A stretch of 64,000 nucleotides of DNA from Antedon mediterranea (Eukaryota > Animalia > Echinodermata), in the NCBI RefSeq assembly GCF_964355755.1, contig NC_092675.1:15906912-15970911 (forward strand), written 5' to 3'. The notes beneath the pieces were generated by a model, which did not search any database, was not told the DNA's origin, and saw only the letters and a program-made list of their open reading frames with translations. Of this stretch, positions 26,745-36,805 are shown piece after piece; position 1 is the first letter of the stretch; each line of letters begins with the position of its first letter. A program made the translations under genes and the position numbers.

Positions 26745-26805
26745 TTGAGATTCAGTTACTGATACCCACAGCATTGTCATTTTTACACTAATTTGCCTTT
26801 GGAAT
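26745..26805 (+). mobile_element. Penelope pseudo-LTR 3' end, inverted relative to 27693-27756
   Basis: gatacccacagcattgtcatt...aatttgcctttgga. Confidence 0.75.
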
Positions 26806-27129
26806 CGTTTTATCGATTTATATATATATATATTTTTCTCATTCTCACAGATTTCCTCATCTTTATCGTTTCAAATTAATTAATTAAATTTCAGTATATC
26901 ACCGGGCGGTTTAGAATTACTGTTCTTTGCCTCTTGTGTTTATATATATAAAAGTACTGTATCTCTTCGGAGATCCCGCCTCGTGAATAAAAATACTGAA
27001 AGATGAGGGCGTATCAATTTGATCTCTGTTGCGCGTGCGTACAACTGAGGACTAGTGCTGTTCCGCCGTACACCACGCCGAGAATGTTAAAGAGTCGTTA
27101 TCCAATCGAGTTCGAACAGTACCATGAAA

Positions 27130-27201
27130 GCCCCAGTGGTCTAATGGTTAGGACATTTGCATATCAAGCAGGCGGCCCGAGTTCGAGTCTCGGTTGGGGC
27201 G
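27130..27201 (+). tRNA. tRNA-like gene, anticodon ATC, inside the repeat unit
   Basis: 72-nt cloverleaf, A and B boxes, followed by acTTTTT. Confidence 0.6.
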
Positions 27202-27495
27202 ACTTTTTCTCATTCTCACAGATTTCCTCATCTTTATCGTTTCAAATTAATTAATTAAATTTCAGTATATCACCGGGCGGTTTAGAATTACTGTTCTTTG
27301 CCTCTTGTGTTTATATAATTATAAAAGTATCTCTTCGGAGATCCCGCCTCGTGAATAAAAATACTGAAAGATGAGGGCGTATCAATTTGATCTCTGTTGC
27401 GCGTGCGTACAACTGAGGACTAGTGCTGTTCCGCCGTACCACGCCGAGAATGTTAAAGAGTCGTTATCCAATCGAGTTCGAACAGTACCATGAAA

Positions 27496-27567
27496 GCCCC
27501 AGTGGTCTAATGGTTAGGACATCTGCATATCAAGCAGGCGGTCCGAGTTCGAGTCTCGGTTGGGGCG
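27496..27567 (+). tRNA. tRNA-like gene, anticodon ATC, all four stems paired
   Basis: GCCCCAG/TTGGGGC, GTCT/GGAC, TCTGC/GCAGG with loop ATATCAA, CCGAG/CTCGG with loop TTCGAGT, discriminator G, T5 terminator at 27570. Confidence 0.65.
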
Positions 27568-27692
27568 ACTTTTTCTCATTCTCACAGATTTCCTCATCTT
27601 TATCGTTTCAAATTAATTAATTAAATTTCAGTATATTACCGGGCGGTTTAGAATTAATGTTCTTTGCCTGATTTGTTTATATATATATATAT

Positions 27693-28005
27693 AAATCCAA
27701 AGGCAAATTACTGAAATAATGACAATGCTGTGGGTATCAGTGGCTGGATCTCAATGGAGATACAAAATAAAAGCGAAAAGCTAAATCAAAACGAGAAGTA
27801 AAACAGCCAGAAAAGTTAGCAGAGCTTTCGGGCAACACTAGCCCTTCATCAGTGCAAGTGAAGGAATTTGGATAACGTCATAGTATAAAGCTGGCAAGTG
27901 CTACCTGGGTGGACAGGAATAAAAGAAATATAACAAAGGGCGAATAATTTTACCGATCTGGGAGTATGTTCCTAATGTTAAGTCCAAAAGGTTTTGTGGT
28001 TTTAA
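27693..28005 (-). mobile_element. Penelope-like element 3' end: GIY-YIG C-terminus plus pseudo-LTR
   Basis: Joined across the Sola3 TTAA with 32280-32420 it reads ...YIQL|KTTKPFGLNIRNILPDR*, followed by a hammerhead. Confidence 0.8.
27819..27855 (-). ncRNA. Minimal type I hammerhead ribozyme
   Basis: gca-CTGATGA-a-gggc-tagtgtt-gccc-GAAAGCTC-tgc; palindromic AGCT in place of a full stem III. Confidence 0.75.
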
Positions 28006-29074
28006 GAGCGCCAGTCACTAAAAATCAAACATTAGGTGGCAAGGGTCAAAATTTCGAATTGGCTCATATTTTGCACATTGGTAGACCTTGATGTAAGTAA
28101 ACCTGATGTGTAGATTGTTTGGTAAAATATCGCTTAGTTTTCGAGAAAATCGAAAAATAAGGATTTTCGGCCAATTTTGTTAATTTTTGGTGTATAATTT
28201 ACATTAAGTTTAACAGCCTCTGGAAGCCAAACGTAGCAACGTTTTAATATTTTACACTTACGTTTTAACTAGCATCTTGACAATAATTTGGTAAAGTTTC
28301 AAAAAATTTGATGAAATTTTAAGATTTTGACTAATTAATTACTAATTAGCATATATAAAACTCTTAAAAAGTAGGGTAAAAACAAACGGTTTTTTTTTTA
28401 TGTGCGACGAATTTTTATAAAATAAAAAAGTCATCAATCTAAAGTTTAGATACTAATATTTATGAATCAAGTAAAAAAAAAAAATTGGGGAAACTATTTT
28501 GCGCTCCGCGCCAGAGCCACAAAGTTGTAAGAAATTCAAAGATTTTATCTGTCGGCAACATCAATCAGATGTACCTATTGTTCTCTATTTAGTAATCTAA
28601 GTCGAATTAAGCCAAACTTTTATTACGAGAAACAAACTTGAAAGATAAATTTTGAATTAAGTTGCAATTTAAACACAAACTAAAAATACGTTTCTGGTAA
28701 AATTTCAATTACTAACCAATATACGAAATTAAGCAATTAACTAAAAATCACTCTTCTTTGTCAAACCACATTATTATAAATTATTCGATCCTCTCATAGT
28801 TTATAGGATAAAACTAAAAAACAAATTTGTTTTAACTTGTTATCGTTTTCCTGTTTGTCGAACCTGGTCGAACGTACTCAACGAGAATGTTTCAAAACAT
28901 TAACCACAGTAGACAAAACACTTTACTGCGTATATTCGATAGATAACGATCTTCATTGACGTTGACAACGGAACAGATTTGTTATCCATTTTAGTTTATG
29001 TCTTACAATGTAAAGACGTGTAGAAAATAATTCTTATATATAATTATTGTCTGATTGCTTTAAGTTCAAACAAA

Positions 29075-30369
29075 ATGGAGTTTTCATGTTCTTTTAAATC
29101 GGTTGTCGGCGGAGCTTGTGGATTCGATAGAAAAGACCGCAAACAGAGCACTGAAGTCCTACCTTTACAAGCATGCCAGAAGAAAATCGCTGCACACAGA
29201 TACATGTTTAGGTTTACGGGCATCGATAGTGAGTGGTACTATTTGTGCAGCAGGGAAATGGAAATAAAAAGCGTGAGTCACATCAACAACATAGAGTATG
29301 GAAGCAGGTCCATGAAGGTGTGGATGGCGTATGGTGTTGGTGCAGGACAAAATCTACTTTTGAGTAAATTCTGTGTGCCTTCGAAGCTACCCAATTTAAT
29401 TCATAGCCAAGATACAACGTCTGATTAAAATAAATCAAGTATCATCTATTGCAGTAAAAGCAAGAATACAAGCCAAGACATCTCATGAAGAACAAGCTGA
29501 TATAAATAACGACGAACAAATAGAAAGAGAAGAAAGTCCTGGCACCCTCAGCAAACTGTTCTTTTGTCGCGAACAAGGTTGCATTAGGTCATATCAGAGG
29601 TACTCTTCCCTAGAGAAACACTTAGATTATGAAAATCACAAGAACGCACTAGAACATGAAACACTTTATGACAGGGCAATGAAATTAATCAACACAACTA
29701 GAAGAGGGTACTTCTAAAAATCCAGAACCAACAAGAACCAACGATTTGCCACGGTTTGACATTGGCCCCAAACTGCAAATGGGCTGGGCGTTAAAGTCCT
29801 CTGCAAAAAAAACCCGATTTTCTGTACCACAGAAAACCTACCTTATTGATGTTTTTGACGCTGGAGAGCAGATGGGACAGAAAGCTGATCCATGTCTCAC
29901 GAGAGATGAGATCGGCCAGGCACAGCGATGGTTCACATCTATATAGTAGCAAGACTGAATTTTTAACAGCAGATTGCAAGTTTTTTCTCACACTTGGCTA
30001 AAAAAAGGAGGACAGATGCAGCCGTTCATGATGATGATGATGACGAAGATGATGATTACGATAGTAATGAAGATGGTGACAAAGTCGAAGAAAATGGAGA
30101 CGATTCAAAAACGGAAAAGGAAAGAGAAATTCAACTTTTGTCGCAAACCGTACTGGACACAATAGGCTTACAGCATCCAATAATGTTTGAAAGCATAATA
30201 TTTGTGAACTGAAAGCTCAAGAAAAACTCTCCAGATTCTCTTTGCCAATGTTGCAAGAAATGTGTACTTCTCTTGAACTTGATACCACAGATATAACCAT
30301 AAAGCGCAAGAAGCCATACATTGATTTGCTGGGAAAGATGGTTTCCATGTGCAGTTGCTCGAGTGATTA
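29075..30369 (+). pseudogene. Sola3-like transposase remnant: N-terminus fused to C-terminal region, catalytic core apparently deleted
   Basis: MEFSCSF...; NNIEY...VWMAYGVGAG; C2H2-like CREQGC...LEKHLDYENH; MGWALKS...YLIDVFDAGEQMGQKADP; acidic tract; several stops and frameshifts. Confidence 0.7.
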
Positions 30370-30399
30370 AGGTAGCAATGAAGGTTTTTTATTTATTTA

Positions 30400-30725
30400 T
30401 TCGACTTCTTACTAACTCAGTTAGTGAAGGATCTGGACCAACAGGTGGTAAACACCTCTAAAACGGCCCAGTCCCAATTTGCACAGTGGCTGTGTTTGTG
30501 TGGACTAGTACACCGGGGTAACCCCCTACTCGTCTCGAAAGATGTACTAGGTTCTTTAAAGTGCGCATGAGCTATGTGTACACTGGACCTACGGTTTATA
30601 GTCCTTATCCGAGAAGACTCGTTCTACCACCAGAACCATGGAGTGAGTGAGCCTTGAACCCTTGCCGATGTTATGGCTACTTAATTATGGTTCCACTGTC
30701 TTAACCGCTCGGCCACTCACTCACT
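30400..30725 (-). mobile_element. Deu/Nin-like SINE inserted in the Sola3 element
   Basis: Near-identical to 10240-10585. Confidence 0.85.
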
Positions 30726-32279
30726 CATAAGGTAAAAAATAAGGTAAAACTATGTCTGTAAGAATTCTTTAAAATAACAATTTAATATGTGGGACGATTC
30801 TGTAAATTTTTAATAAAGCGAAGGGATGAAACAATGGTTTACAAGTTTACAAACAATTTATTGTTTAGGCTACGAATTATTAGGAAATTTCGCACGAGCA
30901 CATGAACGTTATCGGATGTCACCATTCTACTCATTTGCATAACAACAGAGTTCAGTGAACATTTGCGTTAACGTACTTGCTCGTTTTGATTTCGCGCTTC
31001 GACGGGAAGTGTAGAACGCAACGCATGTGTAGCGCACGCAACATACGCCACACGTATTAAAACAAATCATGGGTTTATAGAGACTAAGCCTAGCCAGGCA
31101 TGTTTAATCATGTTTTGGTTAACGTTTTCATTTACGCTATTTAAAAAAAATAAGGTTCTCGACGCACGTAACTAAAGTTTTTCGTAATGCTTGCGCACGC
31201 ACAGCAAGTTGTTTACAAAGTGGGCGGAGCTTGGAAAATAGCGTTAACATGCTTGTGCGAATACTCCCTATATGAGAAGATAAGAACATTATGTTATATA
31301 GCCTGTTTTCCACTAGGCGAAATTATTCGCGCAAATCAAACATTTTCGCGTATACGCGCACGTCAAAGGGAACACTTTGTTGATAAAAAATAAACTGCGC
31401 ATGCGCGCGTATAGTGCAAAAAATAATAATATTATTATTATTATATTATAATAATAATAAGAATAAATTCACCTAGTGGAAAATATAACAGGTGATGAAG
31501 CTAAGCGAGTTATAATATTGAGCTCAGATAGTAATTGCTTAATTTCATGGGTCAGTCGTTTAAATTTGAATAGAAATTTATTTTTAGATGTTTTATATTA
31601 AAACGTAATTCCAAATTATTCAGGACCTTTCAGTTTACCTTTAAAGTTTGTTTCTCGTAGTAAAATTTACCTTAAATCTGTAAATAGAGAACAATAGGTA
31701 CATCTGATTGATCTTGCCGACAGATAAAATCTTTGAATTTCTTACAACTTTGTGGCTCTGGCGCAGAGCGGAAAATAGTTTCCCCAAATTGTTTTTACTT
31801 GATTCATAAATATTAGTATCTAAACAGTAGATTGACGATTTTTTTATTTAAAAAAAATTCGTCGCACATGAAAAAAAACGCGTTTGTTTTTACCCTACTT
31901 TTTAAGAGTTTTATATATGCTAATTAGTAATTAATTAGTAAAAATATTAGAATTTCATAACATTTTTTAAAACTTTACTAAATTATTGTCAAGATGCTAG
32001 TTAACGTAAGTGTAAAATATTAAAACGCTAGGTTGCAAAATTTGGCTTCCAGAGGCTGTTAAACTTAATGTAAATTATACACCAAAAATTTAAAAAAAAG
32101 GCCGAAAATCGTTATTTTTCGATTTTCTCGAAAACTAAGCGATATTTTACCAAACAAACTACACATCAGGTTTACTTACATCAAGGTCTACCAATGTGCA
32201 AAATATGAGCCAATTCGAAATTTTGACCCTTGCCACTAAATTACGAATATGTCTGATTTTTGGTGACAAGCACTCTTAA

Positions 32280-32750
32280 GTTGTATATACAATAAAATAA
32301 AAACTATGAACTTGGTTCTTCGTGGTGCTTTATTACTACTACAAATTTGTTTCATATGACCAGCAAAGCTGTTAATGAATGGCCAGGAAGCGGTGGTTGT
32401 TGGTCTATTGTTTCGGACCTCCTGTCTGTTACTAATTAGGAATTTCTTTCTATGCCTACATGTTGATACCAGCTCGTTTCTGTTGTTCAGTGAGCATAGT
32501 TTGGGATGACATATAATTATATATTTGTCATACAGGCATAAATTACAACGTTTGGTAATGTTCGAATACGCTTTACACTTTTTTAGAATTTTCCAATTAA
32601 TAAAGTATTGCACATTAGAGTCCCTAAGAGTCCATATATATTTACTTAGTTCTGTACTATTCTTATTTTTCTCAATGCGAAATGAGCTAGTATGGTTTCT
32701 GTATCTATTTTTAAATTCATTTTCCGTTAGTCTGACATATGTTTCTTGTT
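32280..32750 (-). mobile_element. Penelope-like GIY-YIG fragments from two subfamilies, fused
   Basis: RYRNHTSSFR...STELSKYIW...RCNLCLYDKYII...NNRNELVSTCRHRKKF (32430-32750), then a second endonuclease end cut by Sola3. Confidence 0.8.
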
Positions 32751-32751
32751 T

Positions 32752-33222
32752 TATCGTTTTGATTTAGCTTTTCGCTTTTTTTTCTCCAATGAGATCCAGT
32801 CACTAGTACCCACAGCAATTGTCATTTTTTCAGTAATTTGCCTTTCAAACTCGAAAGATGCGGAAATCTTCAATACGATAAAAGCCCAATAGGTCTAATG
32901 GTTAGGACAGCTTCATATCAAGCAGAAGGTCCGGGTTCGAGTCTCGGTTGGGGCGACTTTTTCTCATTCTCACAGAAAGATGAGGGCGTATCAATTTGAT
33001 ATCTGGTGCGTACAATTGAGGGACTAGTGCTGTGTTCCGCCGTACCACGCTACCCAATCGAGTTTGAACAATACCATGAAAGCCCCAGTGGTCTAATGGT
33101 TAGGACAGCTGCATATCAAGCAGAAGGTTCAGGTTCGAGTCTCGGTCTCATTCTCACAGATTTCCTAATCTTTTCGTTTCAGTATTATCACCGGGCAGTT
33201 TAGAATTAATATTCTTTGCCTA
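32752..33222 (+). mobile_element. Penelope pseudo-LTR end followed by two degenerate tRNA-bearing units
   Basis: 32752-32845 is the inverse of 27700-27795; tRNA-like copies start at 32884 and 33082 and keep the loop ATATCAA. Confidence 0.8.
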
Positions 33223-33349
33223 AAACAAATCAGTCAATTAGTATCCCTATATTATAGGCCTATGTCTAAAAGGGCCAATCTGGGAAAAAATTAGAAAGCA
33301 GTGTTTCTCAACTGATTTGTTCTATATATCTACACAAAAATAGTTCAAG

Positions 33350-35780
33350 CTCATCTGGCCTGGAGAAAGCCGCCATAAAATACAGATTAGAGATCAGCTT
33401 CTCCATCATGTATGGATATGATTTTGGTGGCAAAGTATATGTTTTGAGGGTCAAGGAATCCAAATACAGAATTTTGAAGTTTACTAAATGTCCGGCATCT
33501 TGTTTTTCAAAATGGCCGCTCTAAAATACAGATTTGTACTCATCTCAACTTCTACATCGTATGTGAACGTGATTCTAGTGGCAAAGTGTAGTTGTGAGGG
33601 TCAAGAAATCGAAAAACAGCATTTTTGTAATTCACTTACTGGCCACCATTTTGTTTTCAAAATGGCCACCATGAAGTACAGGTTTAGCTAATTTCTTAGC
33701 TCCTATACATAATGAAGACATTATTTTGATAACTAAGTCTTATATGTTTTGATGGTACAGAATAAAAATCATTCTAAAAACAGAGTCGGAAAGTGATCTG
33801 AACTGGAATAATAACATTTATGTAGGCCTACAATCCCTTTCTTCTGGTCTCCGAGAGATCCACACCTTATCTATCGCTATCACTATCCTCAGTATGTACT
33901 ATCGACGTCGTGAGTTAATCACAAGATCGAGTTCCATACTGATTACGACCAAAGAGGTACACAAGAAGATACCAGATAATGATCATTCGCGAGAAGAAAC
34001 TAACAAACAAGATATTCTAAAGAAGTTACATAGACATTTAAAGATATTTTGCAAATATAAAAAGAAGCATGGTCAATGTAACACAATTGTATATATAGCT
34101 GCTTCTCTGCCAGCCAGTTCGATCAACCAATGTGACATAAAGTAATGCAAATAGAGAAAGAAAACTGCCATTTGTCGTCAGACTCGTAAGATTCTTCTGA
34201 GGAGCTGTCTGGGAAGTCAAAAGATATCAACATCTAAGCTGTGGCTGAATCATTAGATGGTATAACTTTAGGCGCGATTGTACAATTGGGAGTTCCAGAT
34301 TCAGATATAGCATAACAGTATGCTTTCATATTTGCACAAGCTAGTTATGGCCAAAAGTGGAGGGGTATATCTATAACTGCAAATGATGAAAGACAAATAA
34401 GGTACATAAGGTTTTCTATATTGTGGTCATGTCTGAAAACTGATTCTTCACTATTATAACACGTTGCATGATATCTATTCTTTTGGAACATCTTGTATTG
34501 TACTGTATGTATGTGGAAATTTGTCGTTCAGTCATATTGGCCATCATGGTCAATTGTTCTATACTGTGGGTATATCTGGAGACAAAATGATACATCCTCA
34601 TCAGTGTCATCATTATATGATACATAGCTGCATCCACTAAGAACTTTTAAATATAGGCCTACGCCATCTCATCTTTAAAGTAGGTTATGCACATCTTCAA
34701 AACCTCAACCCATTATTATGTCCAATATAACCCAGAAAGCTCCTGAAAATATAAACTCCTCCGAGTCTGATTATTATGACTGGTAGATGAGCAGCTTGAT
34801 ATACATTTTCTGAGTGACTTTACCGTTGTATAAACTGTTGTTATTTGGATAAAAAAAAGAAAGATTGGCGAAGACTATCGTTGATTTTTCCATTTATCGC
34901 ATGATACCTACATGCATAAATCCAGACTATTTATTGTGAAGTAGTGTTAGTCCCCAGTGAATTAGGTAACCATCCATTCAGTCGTCGCATAAGATATGTT
35001 GCTTTAAATTTACTAAAGTTGGCCATGCTTTTCTTTATGATTTGGAAAATATCTTAAAATGTCTACATATAACGAACTTTTTAGAATATTTTAATTTTAG
35101 GTTCTTCACGCGAATGATATAGTTACAGTACATCGCTGATATCTTCTTGTGTGCAGTACCTCCTGGGGTCATAATCATTGTGGTTCACATATATTATTAC
35201 CAACATATTGACTTATTCTCGTCATCACTTTACAACTGTATTTAAAAAGCTCAATGTTGTTTTTATACTGTAACTTTAAAAACGTAGGCTTAGCAAAATC
35301 ATAATCATAGTAGGCCATTGAGTGAACTTCAACAAGCTGTATTTATATTTCTTGACCCTCAAAACATAAACTTTGCCATCAAAATCACTTCCATGCAATG
35401 TAGAAGCTGAGGTACGAGGACAAATCTCTAAATTTTATGGCAGCCATTTTCAAAAACAAAATGGCGGGCATTAGGTGAACTTTAACATACTGTATTTGGA
35501 TTCAAAATTAACCTTCAAAACATATACATTTCCACCAAAATTACGGTCATATGTTGTAGAAGCTGAGATATGAGGAAAAATCTGAACATCTTTGGCAGCC
35601 ATTTTGATTTTTATTATGGCGGCCATTGGGTGAACTTCACATTAATGCTGTATTTGGATTTCTTGACCTTCAAACCCTATATTTTGTCACCAAAATCATG
35701 TCTATACATGCTGTAGAAGCGGAGAAGAGCACAAATATGTATTTAAGGCAGCCAATTCGAAAAACAAGATGCCGGCTTGC
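33350..35780. repeat. Foldback-like structure: inverted arrays of ~120-130-bp subrepeats around a decayed, possibly retrotransposon-derived, insert
   Basis: 33350-33770 (gattttggtggcaaagtatatgttttgagggtcaaggaatccaaatacag; aaaatggccgc) mirrors 35335-35780 (ctgtatttggatttcttgaccttcaaa...caccaaaatc; gcggccatt). Confidence 0.55.
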
Positions 35781-35814
35781 CTGATATATATCTATCTATC
35801 TTGTTCAAGTACCT

Positions 35815-35851
35815 TCACTGATGAAGGTCTAGTGTTGCCCGAAAGCTCTGA
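35815..35851 (+). ncRNA. Minimal hammerhead ribozyme, same family as 27819-27855
   Basis: tca-CTGATGA-a-ggtc-tagtgtt-gccc-GAAAGCTC-tga; one stem II mismatch. Confidence 0.65.
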
Positions 35852-35879
35852 TAACTTTTCTAGCTGGCTGGTAACAAAC

Positions 35880-36805
35880 AAACAAACGACTCTCATCCTT
35901 GTCATCCGACAAGAATTCATTCAACCAAGCCGCCCCTGTACACCAGAAAGCCCTTAGCGACAGTGGATACCAGCACACACTAAAATACGAGCCGGTAACC
36001 AAGATAAGACGAAATACAACAAAACGACATTCTGTTGTACAACCCACCGTTCAGCCAAAACGTCAGCACAAACATTGGACAGAAATTCCTATCCCTAGTT
36101 TCCAAAAGATAACAAATTAAGGAAAGTCTTCAACCGCCGAAAAACCATCAAGATTAGCTACAGCTGTATGAACAATATGAAATAGATAATAGACAGTCAC
36201 AAGAGAATACTCAACCAGCCCGTCGGTGGAAAACACGGAAGTAAACAAAACATGCAACTGCCGACAGAAAGACACATGCCCACTAAACGGAAATTGCCTA
36301 CAACCATCTGTAATATACCAAGCCACAGTTACACGCAAAGACACATCCACCTCGGAAACTTATATCGGACTCACTGAAAATGATCTTAAAACACGATACA
36401 GAAATCACACCTCATCATTCTGTCATACACGTTCTAGAAACTCAACTAAACTCAGTAAACATATTTGGACACTCAAGGACACAGACTATTCAATCTCATG
36501 GCGCATCTTGGCATCTACTAAAGCGCAAACAAAAAATGCAACCTCTGCCTCAGAGAGAAATTATTTATCATCCGCCACCCTGAATTATCGACATTAAACA
36601 AACGTAACGAACTTGTTTCCGCCTGCTGACACAGAAAGAAAGCATTTACATAACAGCTAACATTCCAAAATATATCACCTGTAAATACTAATTCTAAGTA
36701 AATGTGCTTATAAGCAACGTTGTAATTGGTTGTTCTCATTATAGTCTCCTGATGAGTGAGTTGCACGACTCACGAAACAAGCCTGTAGAGACCAAACTGT
36801 AGTTT
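35880..36805 (+). mobile_element. 5'-truncated Penelope-like element (RT thumb, GIY-YIG, pseudo-LTR)
   Basis: KISYSCMNNM; TCNCRQKDTCPLNGNCLQPSVIYQATV...YIGLTE...RYRNHTSSF; KCNLCLREK...[11 protein letters not shown]. Confidence 0.88.
36744..36792 (+). ncRNA. Canonical type I hammerhead ribozyme
   Basis: Stem I gtctc/gagac, CTGATGA, stem II gtgagt/actcac, GAAA, stem III aca/tgt with loop agcc, GUA cleavage triplet ending at 36787. Confidence 0.9.

Larger units (their letters stand above)
26833..27692 (+). mobile_element. Tandem array (about 2.3 units, period 366 bp) of the tRNA-bearing repeat
   Basis: Direct repeats; first unit 5'-truncated; bounded by (TA)n. Confidence 0.9.
28006..32275 (+). 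mobile_element. Sola3-like DNA transposon, internally deleted
   Basis: TTAA|GAG...CTC|TTAA; roughly 650-bp TIRs (28006-~28680 and ~31620-32275); broken transposase inside. Confidence 0.85.

Noticed and set aside
27412-27440. CTGAGGA in the tRNA-bearing unit as a hammerhead core
   Set aside because: No stem II plus GAAA follows, and other copies change the motif
27003-27620. Recurring ORF YPIEFEQYHESPSGLMVRT (also 33006 and 46746)
   Set aside because: Translation of the tRNA-bearing repeat; starts and frames differ between copies
29994-30212. Acidic protein ORF
   Set aside because: Frameshifted C-terminal piece of the Sola3-like transposase
36620-36635. In-frame TGA in a Penelope ORF as possible selenocysteine
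   Set aside because: It replaces Arg of the conserved CRH (CGA to TGA, CpG decay) in an already broken ORF
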